This document shows, one piece after another, positions 1-8,893 of a stretch of 64,000 bases of DNA (positions are counted from its first letter, which is position 1; every line of letters starts with the position of its first letter). The stretch lies in assembly GCA_041665345.1 (NCBI GenBank), contig JBAYJA010000001.1:457206-521205 (forward strand), given 5' to 3'. The DNA comes from Patescibacteria group bacterium (GTDB lineage Bacteria > Patescibacteriota > Patescibacteriia > PEXW01). The notes under the pieces are model-generated. The model was not told the DNA's origin and did not search any database. It saw only the letters and a program-made list of their open reading frames with translations. A program made the translations under genes and the position numbers.

Positions 1-1
1 C

Positions 2-730
2 ATTTACTCCCAAGCAAATGTTGTGGTGAAGAATGATTCAGTGCCGATCAGGAATATCCCTGCGTCAACCCCTGGGCTTGCGGATGGCGTCATCCCCGTC
101 GTGCAGCATTTTCAGCTGCCCGCTGGAACGTACTCCGTGTGGCAGACATTCCGGGGCAAAACTGAGGCGCTGCAAAAGCCATACCCAATGACGTTGCAGC
201 TTCCTTCGGTGTACACCTCCCAGCCAGTTGTCAGTGAGGTGCTGTTTCTAGAAACCCCTCAGCCCTCGGAGAAATTTGGGAACCGAGTGGTACGAAACAC
301 TACGGCGTACAAGCCACGGGTGAGCCGGGTCTTTGCCCCAGGTGAGTCCCTGTATGTGTACCTGGAGCATGACGTGTCAAAGTTTCCCAAGGATTACTTA
401 GGGAACTACGCCTATGGGGTTGATATCTCGATAATGGGGCCAGTGAAGGAGAGTGGAAAAGTTGGTGAAGCCTTCGCGATGCCTACTACCAACGACCACA
501 CTGGACCAGCTAGTTCTCATAAATTGCGCAAAGGATTTTTTGGGGAGCCACTTTCCACCCCAAAGTTTCCCAATGCGCACAGTGCGAAGGGTTGGTTTCT
601 CAACACCGACCCAATAAAGCTTCCGAAAAAGCTGAAAGAGGGGACGTACTTCTTTGTAGTTGTGTACTATTCTTTGATCAACAATGAAGAATTTAGATCG
701 TGGCGGGAGATCGACATCAAAAACCCCTAA
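2..730 (+). CDS. hypothetical protein, C-terminal part (ORF open to the window start; listed ORF begins at GTG 23)
   Basis: Long ORF with no upstream stop in frame; followed by a hairpin+T-run terminator at 750-783. Confidence 0.4.
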   Translation: MYSQANVVVKNDSVPIRNIPASTPGLADGVIPVVQHFQLPAGTYSVWQTFRGKTEALQKPYPMTLQLPSVYTSQPVVSEVLFLETPQPSEKFGNRVVRNTTAYKPRVSRVFAPGESLYVYLEHDVSKFPKDYLGNYAYGVDISIMGPVKESGKVGEAFAMPTTNDHTGPASSHKLRKGFFGEPLSTPKFPNAHSAKGWFLNTDPIKLPKKLKEGTYFFVVVYYSLINNEEFRSWREIDIKNP

Positions 731-749
731 AACTGGTTCATTGCACTTT

Positions 750-783
750 GCACGGCATTCCAAAAGGATGCCGTGCTTTTTAT
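750..783 (+). terminator. Rho-independent terminator
   Basis: gcacggcat-N9-atgccgtgc stem followed by tttttat. Confidence 0.6.
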
Positions 784-799
784 CTTGAGGGAATATAGG

Positions 800-808
800 T
801 GTGGATAA
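800..808 (+). promoter_or_regulatory. perfect DnaA box TGTGGATAA
   Basis: Exact 9-mer (reverse complement of TTATCCACA) in a ~800-bp non-coding region. Confidence 0.4.
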
Positions 809-875
809 CTTTTGCGCTATGGATAGCGGAAAAAATGACTTCGCCTTTCAAAAATCAGTTGGAAAAGCCAAAAAG

Positions 876-884
876 TGTGGATAA
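876..884 (+). promoter_or_regulatory. perfect DnaA box TGTGGATAA
   Basis: Second exact copy, same orientation, 76 bp downstream of the first. Confidence 0.4.
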
Positions 885-1544
885 AGGGGCTTGTCAGGAT
901 TTTATGGCTGGGATACAATCCTCATTACCACAAAAGATATCGCTGATCTTTGATTTCAAGTCGGTAGTCATTGAATGGCAAGGAACGAAGCGCGCGCGAG
1001 ACTTGTTCTTGCGCACATGAAGTGTACGCTAGAAATAGCTGATGGGTGGTAGATTCACCAAGGGACGTATTCGTCAAATGCAGAGCTGCATCTTCGGATG
1101 CTATGTATCGAATGCGAAAGCATTCAACACTCGGCCACGCGACGAACAACGCGAATCTTTCCACTTTCCGGTTATTCCTTTTCTGGAGTCACATCCACCT
1201 CGACACAGCGTACTCGCTCACTTCAACCTTCCAACTCTTTTCTCCCTTTTCAAGGGTTTCATGACTATCACTTCTTGAGGGGTCTTGCGCAAGCAGACCC
1301 CTTTTCTTTTTGCATTTTTTTCAGGAGGGGTATACTATCGGTAACAGAAATAGAAGGAGGGAATATGCAAGTACCTTCAAAGAGGGTATTTATACTAAAG
1401 CTCATTTTTGTGATAGCAGCTTCAGCTGTTGGTTCGTATGGGCTTTCCACGCTGCTTTTTCATCTCGCAGGAAGTTTTTAGAAAAGATAACGAGCCTACC
1501 GCACTCTACTAGAGGGGTGCGGTTTTTTTCTGTCGTGCTACCAT

Positions 1545-2486
1545 ATGCATATGAACAAAGGACGTTGGTTCCTAGGCATTGATGGTGGTGGCACGAAAAC
1601 CGAAGCTGCGCTTGGCAGCAGCCTTGGGGATGTCGTTTGGGGTAAGGCAGGCCCATCCAACCCACGTGCTGTGTCGCGAGAGGTTGCAGCGCTCAATGTC
1701 CGTCAGGCAGTGAAGCAAGCGGAGAAACTGGCTGGCAAGCACCGTCCGTACCGCACAGTCATTGGGATTGCGGGTATGGATACACCGAAAGATGTGGCGG
1801 CAATGCGCCGGGTATTGCGGCAGACGTTGAAAAATATTGTCGAGCCAGATTTTCAATTGGTGAATGACATTATCATTGCTTTGGCCTCGGGAACCACTGA
1901 CCGGCACGCGGCAGTGATCATTTCTGGCACGGGATCCAATGCATATGCGCGTGGCCCCAAAGGCACTGTGCGCGCTGGTGGACGCGGGCATCGATTGGCT
2001 GACGAAGGTTCTGGGTATGCGCAAGGTTTAGCCACCTTGCACGCGGTGACCAAAGCTGCAGATGGCAGGGGAGTTGCAACGCAATTAACCAAGTACGTGC
2101 TGCAGCACTTCCAGATCCGGAAGCCGGAGGAGTTGGTGCACATTGTGTACCAGCCCAGTTTCGGCAAACCGCAGATTGCAGCCCTGGCGCCGTACGTGCA
2201 AGCTGCGGCGGAGAAAGGGGATGTAATAGCAAAAAAAATTCTCGCTGACGCCGCTGATGAACTCGCTTTGCTGGCAACGACAGTTATCCGAAAGAGTGGC
2301 CTGCACCGAAAAATTTTTTCCCTGGTCACCGTGGGTGGGATTTTCAAATGCCCAGTGGTTCTCCCTTCACGCTTCAAGGGTGCTGTGCGCATGGTTGCCC
2401 CCAAAGTGCAATTCATCCGGCCCAAGCTCCGCCCGGCCATTGGCGCATGGGGGATGGCTGGGGGAGGGGAAGCCGTAAAGCTGTAA
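1545..2486 (+). CDS. BadF/BadG/BcrA/BcrD-type ATPase (N-acetylglucosamine kinase-like)
   Basis: N-terminal FLGIDGGGTKTEAAL phosphate-1 motif of the ASKHA sugar-kinase fold; ISGTGSNAY motif. Confidence 0.6.
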   Translation: MHMNKGRWFLGIDGGGTKTEAALGSSLGDVVWGKAGPSNPRAVSREVAALNVRQAVKQAEKLAGKHRPYRTVIGIAGMDTPKDVAAMRRVLRQTLKNIVEPDFQLVNDIIIALASGTTDRHAAVIISGTGSNAYARGPKGTVRAGGRGHRLADEGSGYAQGLATLHAVTKAADGRGVATQLTKYVLQHFQIRKPEELVHIVYQPSFGKPQIAALAPYVQAAAEKGDVIAKKILADAADELALLATTVIRKSGLHRKIFSLVTVGGIFKCPVVLPSRFKGAVRMVAPKVQFIRPKLRPAIGAWGMAGGGEAVKL

Positions 2487-2506
2487 GCCATAGAGATTTA
2501 TTATCT

Positions 2507-2534
2507 CCAGAGCGGCCTTTCTAGGCTGCGGTGG
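2507..2534 (+). repeat. conserved hairpin element YCCAGAGCGGCYTTTCYARGCYGCGG, copy 1 of 3
   Basis: Near-identical copies at 15648 and 39947; all preceded by a T-rich TTTAC stretch. Confidence 0.6.
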
Positions 2535-2577
2535 TTTGTTTGTGACGCATGGGCTTGTCTGTGTATTTCTCCTTTTC

Positions 2578-2712
2578 TGTCATTGCGAGGAACGAGTCTT
2601 CGAGTGACGCGGCAATCCCGATGAACTTCGGATCCAGGACAGGGTAACTACCTTGGTTCTAAGCTACGACGGGATTGCCGCGCTCCTGCTGGAGCTCGCA
2701 ATGACAAGAGGG
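2578..2712 (+). ncRNA. 135-bp nested imperfect palindrome (candidate structured RNA or MITE-like element)
   Basis: Outer arms tgtcattgcgag/ctcgcaatgaca; inner arms gcggcaatcccg/cgggattgccgc; intergenic between the kinase gene and xseA. Confidence 0.3.
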
Positions 2713-2767
2713 GGAGAAATCCCCACTCATTACTGACAGTTGAACTGCGGTGCGCTATAGTCTGTGC

Positions 2768-3922
2768 ATGCCCGATCACCCAATCTTCTCCGTCTCAGAG
2801 TTCATCCAAGTCACCAAGCAACATTTGACGTTGCTGGGTTCGGTTGTGGTGGAAGGGGAGATCACTGGCTACCGGGTGAGTAAAGAACGCCTGGTCTACT
2901 TTGAATTGAAAGACGCCAAAAGCCGCGTGCTGTGCTTTATGCTGGTGGGGGATGCAGAAGCGGAACTGTCAGACGGCATGTCCGTGCGCGTTACGGCAAT
3001 ACCCTCGCTGTTCCAAGGTAGCGGTGGTTTTCACCTGCGCGTGCAGCAAGTGGAATTGGTTGGCCAAGGCGCGCTGCAGCAAGCCCTGCGTTTGCTCCAA
3101 GCTAAATTAGATGCTGAAGGGTTGTTTGCTGAAGGACGAAAGCGGTCACTCCCACAATATCCCAAACGCATTGGTATTATCACTTCTGTTGACGCTGCAG
3201 CGTATACGGACGTGCTCCGGATTTTACGCACGCGCTGGCCGCTGGCTACGGTTGTCCATTTTCCCGTGGGTGTGCAGGGCGCTGGTGCAGTGTCCAGCAT
3301 CGTGGGCGCCTTGCAGCACTGCCATGCAAGCAATGTGGATGTGGTCATTCTCACCCGGGGTGGAGGAAGCCTGGAAGATCTCCAAGCTTTTAATAGTGAA
3401 AAAGTTGCGCGGGCAATTTTCTCCTGCCGCGTGCCGGTGGTGTGTGGCGTGGGACATGAACGTGACTGGACCATTGCTGACCTCGTTGCCGATGTGCGCG
3501 CGTCCACGCCAACCAATGCTGCAGAACGAGCAACGCCATTAGCAACCCAAGTCTTTGCCGATGTGCAAACCATGGAGCGACAAATGGAAGATGGGTGGCG
3601 GATGGTGCTGGGTGATTTGCACGACCGGCTGCACCACCTGACCCGCGACCTGAGTGATGTGGTGCAGGGGACAGTGCAGCGGATTCGGCTGTTGCAGCAA
3701 ACTTGCGTGCAGGCTTTTTCCTCTGGCGTGGAACGCATGCACACCCGTCTGGCCTATGCCACCAAGCTGGTGCAGACGCTTTCACCCGCCGCGACCCTGG
3801 ATCGGGGGTACTCACTCACGACCATTGACGGAAAGGTCGTGACCAACGCTGATTCGGTCAAACCCGGCCAACGCTTGCATACGCGGGTAAAGCGGGGATC
3901 CATTCATTCAACAGTAACGTAA
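2768..3922 (+). CDS. xseA: exodeoxyribonuclease VII large subunit
   Basis: N-terminal OB-fold region (GEITGYRVSKERLVYFELKD) and central catalytic region typical of XseA; xseB lies downstream. Confidence 0.8.
   Translation: MPDHPIFSVSEFIQVTKQHLTLLGSVVVEGEITGYRVSKERLVYFELKDAKSRVLCFMLVGDAEAELSDGMSVRVTAIPSLFQGSGGFHLRVQQVELVGQGALQQALRLLQAKLDAEGLFAEGRKRSLPQYPKRIGIITSVDAAAYTDVLRILRTRWPLATVVHFPVGVQGAGAVSSIVGALQHCHASNVDVVILTRGGGSLEDLQAFNSEKVARAIFSCRVPVVCGVGHERDWTIADLVADVRASTPTNAAERATPLATQVFADVQTMERQMEDGWRMVLGDLHDRLHHLTRDLSDVVQGTVQRIRLLQQTCVQAFSSGVERMHTRLAYATKLVQTLSPAATLDRGYSLTTIDGKVVTNADSVKPGQRLHTRVKRGSIHSTVT
3868..3922 (+). repeat. xseA 3'-terminal 55 bp (copy 1, native end of xseA)
   Basis: ccaacgcttgcatacgcgggtaaagcg... 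; two further copies at 4565 and 5280. Confidence 0.8.
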
Positions 3923-3926
3923 TCCT

Positions 3927-4556
3927 ATGAGAAAAATTTTTGTACTCGGTTTGATGAGCATTTTTTGTGGTATGTTTTTCAATCCCCTTGTTGCAGGTGC
4001 AACACCTGGACCAATGGAAACACAATTTCCAAGTGCAAAAAAGGCAGCCTCTGAAGCAACGATGATTCTCGAAGTAAGAATAACTGATTATTCAATAAGT
4101 CAAGAAAAGTTTCTACCAGGTGAGTACAAATCAGTTAAGCGGGTAAATTGGGAGGTTTTAAAGGTACTAAAAAAACAAGATGGGGTTGTGACAATCCCGC
4201 AAGCAGTCGAATATTCCGCCTACGAAGTCTGCGGCTTATTAGTCGGTTACAAAAAGGAATTCTTAGGATGCGGTGAGTATTTAAGCACCATTGGTGAAAA
4301 GCGGTTAATATATTTTGGTTACGGTGACCATGTGAATCTCGTTTTGCCATCTAAAGGTTTTTTCTGGTATTGGTATTACGCTGGTTCTGCTCGATACGTC
4401 GAATACCTTATTATTCTTGGGGTGATTTCACTTGTTGGAGCAGGTAGCTTTGTTCTGTTTAGGCGACATTTTCAAAATAAAAATAAAGTCTCTCATCAAA
4501 TTGCAAATAATCAGAATATACATGTCCAGGGGAAAAAAGATGATATAAATAATTGA
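3927..4556 (+). CDS. hypothetical membrane-anchored protein (paralog A), AT-rich
   Basis: N-terminal signal/TM, C-terminal TM; paralogous to 4626..5246 (RLIYFGYGDHVNLVLP vs RLVYLDSRDGIHLVLP). Confidence 0.5.
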   Translation: MRKIFVLGLMSIFCGMFFNPLVAGATPGPMETQFPSAKKAASEATMILEVRITDYSISQEKFLPGEYKSVKRVNWEVLKVLKKQDGVVTIPQAVEYSAYEVCGLLVGYKKEFLGCGEYLSTIGEKRLIYFGYGDHVNLVLPSKGFFWYWYYAGSARYVEYLIILGVISLVGAGSFVLFRRHFQNKNKVSHQIANNQNIHVQGKKDDINN

Positions 4557-4564
4557 TTTTTTCG

Positions 4565-4619
4565 CCAATGCTTGCATACGCGGGTAAAGCGTGGCACAAT
4601 TCGTTCCACCGTTACATAA
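4565..4619 (+). repeat. duplicate of xseA 3' end (copy 2)
   Basis: Encodes QCLHTRVKRGTIRSTVT* and is followed 6 nt later by the next ATG. Confidence 0.8.
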
Positions 4620-4625
4620 ACAATT

Positions 4626-5246
4626 ATGAAGTTAGTCTACCGTTTTGGTTTCGTGGCTGTTGTGGGGTTTTCTCTTCTCTTGCCGAGTTTTGCATATGCG
4701 ATTGTTGGAGCAACGCCTTTACCATTTCCTAATGCGTCCAGGGCGTATAGTGAAGCGGATAAAGTTATTGAGGTTAAAATTGTTAGTTCGACAAGTGAAG
4801 AAAAGCGCTCGATTCTTGGTGACTACGTAGTAATGCAGGTTCAATGGGAAATATTACATGTGTATAAAGGTCAAAGTGTCGATAGTTCAAAAATTGAAAC
4901 TTTAAGTATTAGCACCCATGGTTTATGTGAAGTATTCTCCGGGACCGGAGGTCTTGCTGCAGCCGGCGGTGGTATTTTTGATTGTGCTCAATACTTGAAT
5001 GATGTTGGTGAAAATCGATTAGTGTACCTTGATTCTAGAGATGGTATTCATCTCGTTTTGCCAACTGAAAATTTTTACTGGTATAAATGGTACGCTTTAT
5101 TCATGCAGTATTATATTTATCCATTATTTTTCATTATCATTGCTGGGGTTGCAATTGGAGTAATTGCCGTGAAACGTAATATGACTAAGAAAAAACTTTC
5201 ACAAAACAAGAATGCGAACGAAAGCAAAGAGTCGCCTCGCCTTTAG
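4626..5246 (+). CDS. hypothetical membrane-anchored protein (paralog B), AT-rich
   Basis: Same architecture as 3927..4556. Confidence 0.5.
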   Translation: MKLVYRFGFVAVVGFSLLLPSFAYAIVGATPLPFPNASRAYSEADKVIEVKIVSSTSEEKRSILGDYVVMQVQWEILHVYKGQSVDSSKIETLSISTHGLCEVFSGTGGLAAAGGGIFDCAQYLNDVGENRLVYLDSRDGIHLVLPTENFYWYKWYALFMQYYIYPLFFIIIAGVAIGVIAVKRNMTKKKLSQNKNANESKESPRL

Positions 5247-5279
5247 ATTGGAAAAGAAACATGTATAAGTGTTCTTCTG

Positions 5280-5337
5280 CCAACGCTTGCATACCCGCGT
5301 AAAGCGTGGCACAATTCGTTCCACCGTAACCTCATAG
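5280..5337 (+). repeat. duplicate of xseA 3' end (copy 3), directly upstream of xseB
   Basis: Encodes QRLHTRVKRGTIRSTVTS*; nearly identical to copy 2. Confidence 0.8.
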
Positions 5338-5344
5338 TCACTGT

Positions 5345-5569
5345 ATGCCTAAACGCCCTGCTGCCAACACCTTTGCCAAGGATTTTGCTGAACTGGAACG
5401 CATTGCCCAGAAGTTTGAGGCTGGGGCTTTTGACGTGCAGGAAGGTCTGAAAGACTTTGAGAAGGGGATGGCTTTGGCGCAGAGCCTGCGTGAACGGCTG
5501 CAGGATGTGGAGCAGAAGGTGGAAACCATTAAAGCCAAGTACAAGGCAGCCGGGGAGTCTGCTGCGTAA
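5345..5569 (+). CDS. xseB: exodeoxyribonuclease VII small subunit
   Basis: 74-aa coiled-coil protein (FAELERIAQKFEAGAFDVQEGLKDFEKGMALAQSLRERL) typical of XseB. Confidence 0.75.
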   Translation: MPKRPAANTFAKDFAELERIAQKFEAGAFDVQEGLKDFEKGMALAQSLRERLQDVEQKVETIKAKYKAAGESAA

Positions 5570-5577
5570 TTTTTCCT

Positions 5578-5904
5578 ATGATTCTCTACGACCTCACCCA
5601 AAAAGTAGTGACCGATGTGTACGGCATTTTTGCGCAGGCCGCCGGCATTGACCAGCCTACACCACCGGATATTGAAACGATTCGCACAGGGCTGGCTGGT
5701 GAAACCAAGCGCGCAACCATTCCTGCGCCCGTGGGCAATCCACTGCGTGCAGAATTGCTGTACATTGAGGAACCAAACAAGAATTTGATTTTCACCTTTG
5801 CGTTTCCCACGGACTTAGGGAAGGAGCTAATGGAAAAGGCGGAAGCGGCCCAAGCACAGTTTGATGCTGGGGTGCAGCAGTACTTGGTGGATTACTACCT
5901 CTAA
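5578..5904 (+). CDS. hypothetical protein
   Basis: 108-aa ORF with coding-like composition. Confidence 0.35.
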   Translation: MILYDLTQKVVTDVYGIFAQAAGIDQPTPPDIETIRTGLAGETKRATIPAPVGNPLRAELLYIEEPNKNLIFTFAFPTDLGKELMEKAEAAQAQFDAGVQQYLVDYYL

Positions 5905-5911
5905 TACGTCT

Positions 5912-7411
5912 ATGGACCGCCAAGCGGCGTACCGTTGGTACCGAACCCTGGAGATGATTCCAGGAATTTTCATCTGGTCAGCTTTCATTCTGGCAGTTGG
6001 GCTCTCGTTCATCAAACCGCTGTGGGTCATTGTCTTCATCATCGCCTTTGATGCGCTGTGGCTCATTCGCATTTCCTACTTACTGGTGTACTTGCTCACA
6101 TCCTACCGGCGGTTCCGGCATGATTCGCACGTGGACTGGCTGGCGAAGACCCAGCCGTTGCCAAAGTACCAGGAAATCTATCACCTCATTTTTCTGCCAA
6201 CCTACAAGGAGCCAGTGGAAGTGGTTGATCAATCCTTGGCGTCACTCAAAAACATTCGCTACCCACTAGACCGGCTGCTGGTGGTGCTGTGCGGGGAGCA
6301 GAAAGACCATGAGCATTTTCAAAAAGTCTCTGCAGCAATGCAGGAAAAGTACGAAAAGATTTTTGGAAAATTCTTGGTAACGGAACACCCAGCAGATGTC
6401 CCTGGGGAAGTACCGGGTAAAGGGTCCAACACTGCGTACGCTGGTAAGCGCGCGCAAAAGGAAATTGTTGATGCGCTGGGTTTGCCGTACGAAAACGTGG
6501 TCGTTTCATCTTTCGACGTGGACACCGTTGTGCACCCACAGTACTTTGCGTGTTTGACCTACCACTACCTGACCGTACCCAATCCCACCCACGCCAGCTA
6601 CCAGCCCGTGGCGCTGTACAGCAACAACGTGTGGGAGTCACCGTTCCTCATGCGCGTTGTGGCCATGTCCACTACCTTCTGGCTAATGACTGAGCAAATG
6701 CGGCCGGAGCGCTTGTTCACTTTTTCTTCACACTCTATGTCTTTCAAAACCCTGGTGGAGGTTGGGTTTTGGCAGAGTGATATTGTCACCGAAGACTCCC
6801 GTATCTTCATCCAGGGGTTCATTGAGTATGACGGGGATTACCGCGTGGTGCCGTTGTTCATTCCGCTGTCCATGGATACAGTCATGAGCCACACCCTCCG
6901 GCAGAGTTTGAAAAACCAGTACGTGCAGCAGCGTCGCTGGGCATATGGCATTGAGAATTTTCCCTTCATGGTGTGGAACTTCTGGGGCAACAAAGCTATT
7001 CCGTTCATGAAGAAGTTTCGGTACCTGTTCAACCAGCTGGAAGGGTCTTTCTCATGGGCCACGGCTCCCATTCTCATTTTCATCTTGGGTCGTTTACCCA
7101 TCGCCGTCGCAAATCACCAAGGCCTTACTTCTGCGCTTACCGTGAACACACCGCACGTGCTGAGCATCATGATGACCGTGTCGCTGGTTGGGTTGATTGC
7201 TTCAGCCATGCTGAGTATGACCCTGCTCCCACCCCGACCGCGGCATGCCCCGCGCTGGCAGTGGCCCATCATGTTCCTCCAGTGGATTATTTTCCCGGTG
7301 ACCATGGTAGCTTTTGGTTCTATTCCCGCCACCGAAGCCATTACCCGGCTGATGCTGGGCAAGTACCTGGGTTTCAACGTCACGGAGAAGATGCGGAAGA
7401 AGGACGTGTAG
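5912..7411 (+). CDS. processive family-2 glycosyltransferase (cellulose/chitin-synthase-like), multi-TM
   Basis: QQRRW (QxxRW) motif; TM helices at the N and C termini; start moved to the internal Met at 5912 to avoid overlap. Confidence 0.55.
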   Translation: MDRQAAYRWYRTLEMIPGIFIWSAFILAVGLSFIKPLWVIVFIIAFDALWLIRISYLLVYLLTSYRRFRHDSHVDWLAKTQPLPKYQEIYHLIFLPTYKEPVEVVDQSLASLKNIRYPLDRLLVVLCGEQKDHEHFQKVSAAMQEKYEKIFGKFLVTEHPADVPGEVPGKGSNTAYAGKRAQKEIVDALGLPYENVVVSSFDVDTVVHPQYFACLTYHYLTVPNPTHASYQPVALYSNNVWESPFLMRVVAMSTTFWLMTEQMRPERLFTFSSHSMSFKTLVEVGFWQSDIVTEDSRIFIQGFIEYDGDYRVVPLFIPLSMDTVMSHTLRQSLKNQYVQQRRWAYGIENFPFMVWNFWGNKAIPFMKKFRYLFNQLEGSFSWATAPILIFILGRLPIAVANHQGLTSALTVNTPHVLSIMMTVSLVGLIASAMLSMTLLPPRPRHAPRWQWPIMFLQWIIFPVTMVAFGSIPATEAITRLMLGKYLGFNVTEKMRKKDV

Positions 7412-7524
7412 TTTGTTGCCAAGTGTGTGATCAAATACGAGGTTAGTGATCATATGAACCTAGCTTGACACGCGAGGAGTATTGTGATAGTTTCATATGA
7501 AATTAACAAAGTACGTAGAAATGC

Positions 7525-8013
7525 TTGGAGGGAAGTATGTACACAGTTGTATGCCTAATGCTTTTGGGCTTAGTCATTGGAATCATTGGGGCGATCCGGA
7601 AAAGTTGCGGAGCCTTTCTAGGACCATTTGCGGGCTCGTTTGTTGGTGGCCTCGTTGCCTTGTTCGTTCTTGCGGGATTGGGGGATATTCCACAGACACA
7701 TTGGGTTTTGAGTGAAGAATTTTCCATACTCAACATACACACCCACCAGGGTGAGCATCGTCTGTTTCAGAAATACGAATATATCATTTTATTTTCAGAA
7801 ACGGCCACAGGTTTGCGTCATTGGACGATGAATCAAAAAGATGTTGAGTTGAACAATGCTATGTTACCATTTGAACTGGGCGCACCTGGCACTTGCCGCG
7901 TCTACCGGTTAGTCAACACAAATTCTGCATGGGACAACTGGAATATCCGCGATGAGACAAAGTACGTTCTGCACCTGCCTGGCCAGAATGCCTACAGCAC
8001 CTTAGACGAATAG
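7525..8013 (+). CDS. hypothetical membrane protein
   Basis: Two N-terminal TM helices. Confidence 0.4.
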   Translation: MEGSMYTVVCLMLLGLVIGIIGAIRKSCGAFLGPFAGSFVGGLVALFVLAGLGDIPQTHWVLSEEFSILNIHTHQGEHRLFQKYEYIILFSETATGLRHWTMNQKDVELNNAMLPFELGAPGTCRVYRLVNTNSAWDNWNIRDETKYVLHLPGQNAYSTLDE

Positions 8014-8015
8014 GA

Positions 8016-8043
8016 AGTCATCAAAACGCCCTCACAATTTCCT
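8016..8043. terminator. bidirectional hairpin terminator between convergent genes
   Basis: acgccctcaca-N6-tgtgagggcgt. Confidence 0.5.
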
Positions 8044-8063
8044 GTGAGGGCGTCTTCAATGTG

Positions 8064-8792
8064 CTACATTTTGTATTTCTCCAACTGCAACTTTGCATTC
8101 GCGGCAGCCAGCGTGTTGGGGAAGCGGGTAATAACCTCTTCCCATCTTTTTCGCGCGTCGACGACTGCGTACTTCTCCTCGTCAGCCAGTTTAAATTTGA
8201 GTTTGGCCTGATTCAGCATCACCATCCCGCAAATTTCGGGGTTGACCAGCGGGGAGCGATACTCTGGATCAACCAGGTGTTCGGCCTGGATGAAGAGTTG
8301 CAACGCTTCGAAAAGTTGTGACGCTCGGTTCCAGTACCACTTGGCATTGGTCTGATCCTTATGGGCTTCACCAAACAGGTTAGCAATGAGGAACACCACT
8401 TCGGGCTCCTGGGGGTGGCGTCGGACTAATGAATCAGCCGTTTGGAAAACTAGCGTCACTCGCTTGTTGGTATTGCCCAGCAGCTTATCAATGATGCCGT
8501 CTTCGCGGATGCGGAGGGCATCTGCAATCAGTCGATACGCCTGGATCGTAGCCGAAGAGTCGGGGGAGAGCCGGAAGTAGTACCGGGCTGAATCTGCGTC
8601 TTTCCGCGGCGCCGTGCTTTGCTTCAGGAAGACCTTGTTGACAAAGAGCTTTCCAACCGCAGCAGCGTTGTCTCCACTTCGCGGGGTGACCCGCAGCAGC
8701 GAATCCGCTTGTGCGCCAGATAGGAGACAAACACCACTATCCAAAGGGACGGTGGACAACTGGACGAGGATAAAAAAAATGGAAATGAACAC
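8064..8792 (-). CDS. hypothetical secreted protein
   Basis: N-terminal signal peptide; one of only a few minus-strand genes in the window. Confidence 0.45.
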   Translation of the reverse strand: MFISIFFILVQLSTVPLDSGVCLLSGAQADSLLRVTPRSGDNAAAVGKLFVNKVFLKQSTAPRKDADSARYYFRLSPDSSATIQAYRLIADALRIREDGIIDKLLGNTNKRVTLVFQTADSLVRRHPQEPEVVFLIANLFGEAHKDQTNAKWYWNRASQLFEALQLFIQAEHLVDPEYRSPLVNPEICGMVMLNQAKLKFKLADEEKYAVVDARKRWEEVITRFPNTLAAANAKLQLEKYKM

Positions 8793-8893
8793 GTGAACTC
8801 CTTTTCGTTATGTCGTCTTTGTATTTCTCCGCAAAGTACCACTTTCTGCGTTTCTGGTCAAGGGTATGAAAAAACAGTACACTTTCCTTACCT

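Noticed and set aside
1572-3815. Numerous antisense or alternative-frame ORFs inside large GC-rich genes (for example 1853..2491-, 3031..3744-, 27124..28068-, 40432..41028-, 44384..45055-, 56404..57069-)
   Set aside because: This is typical of high-GC frames opposite real genes. They show no independent start signals, and the sense-strand genes carry clear family motifs.
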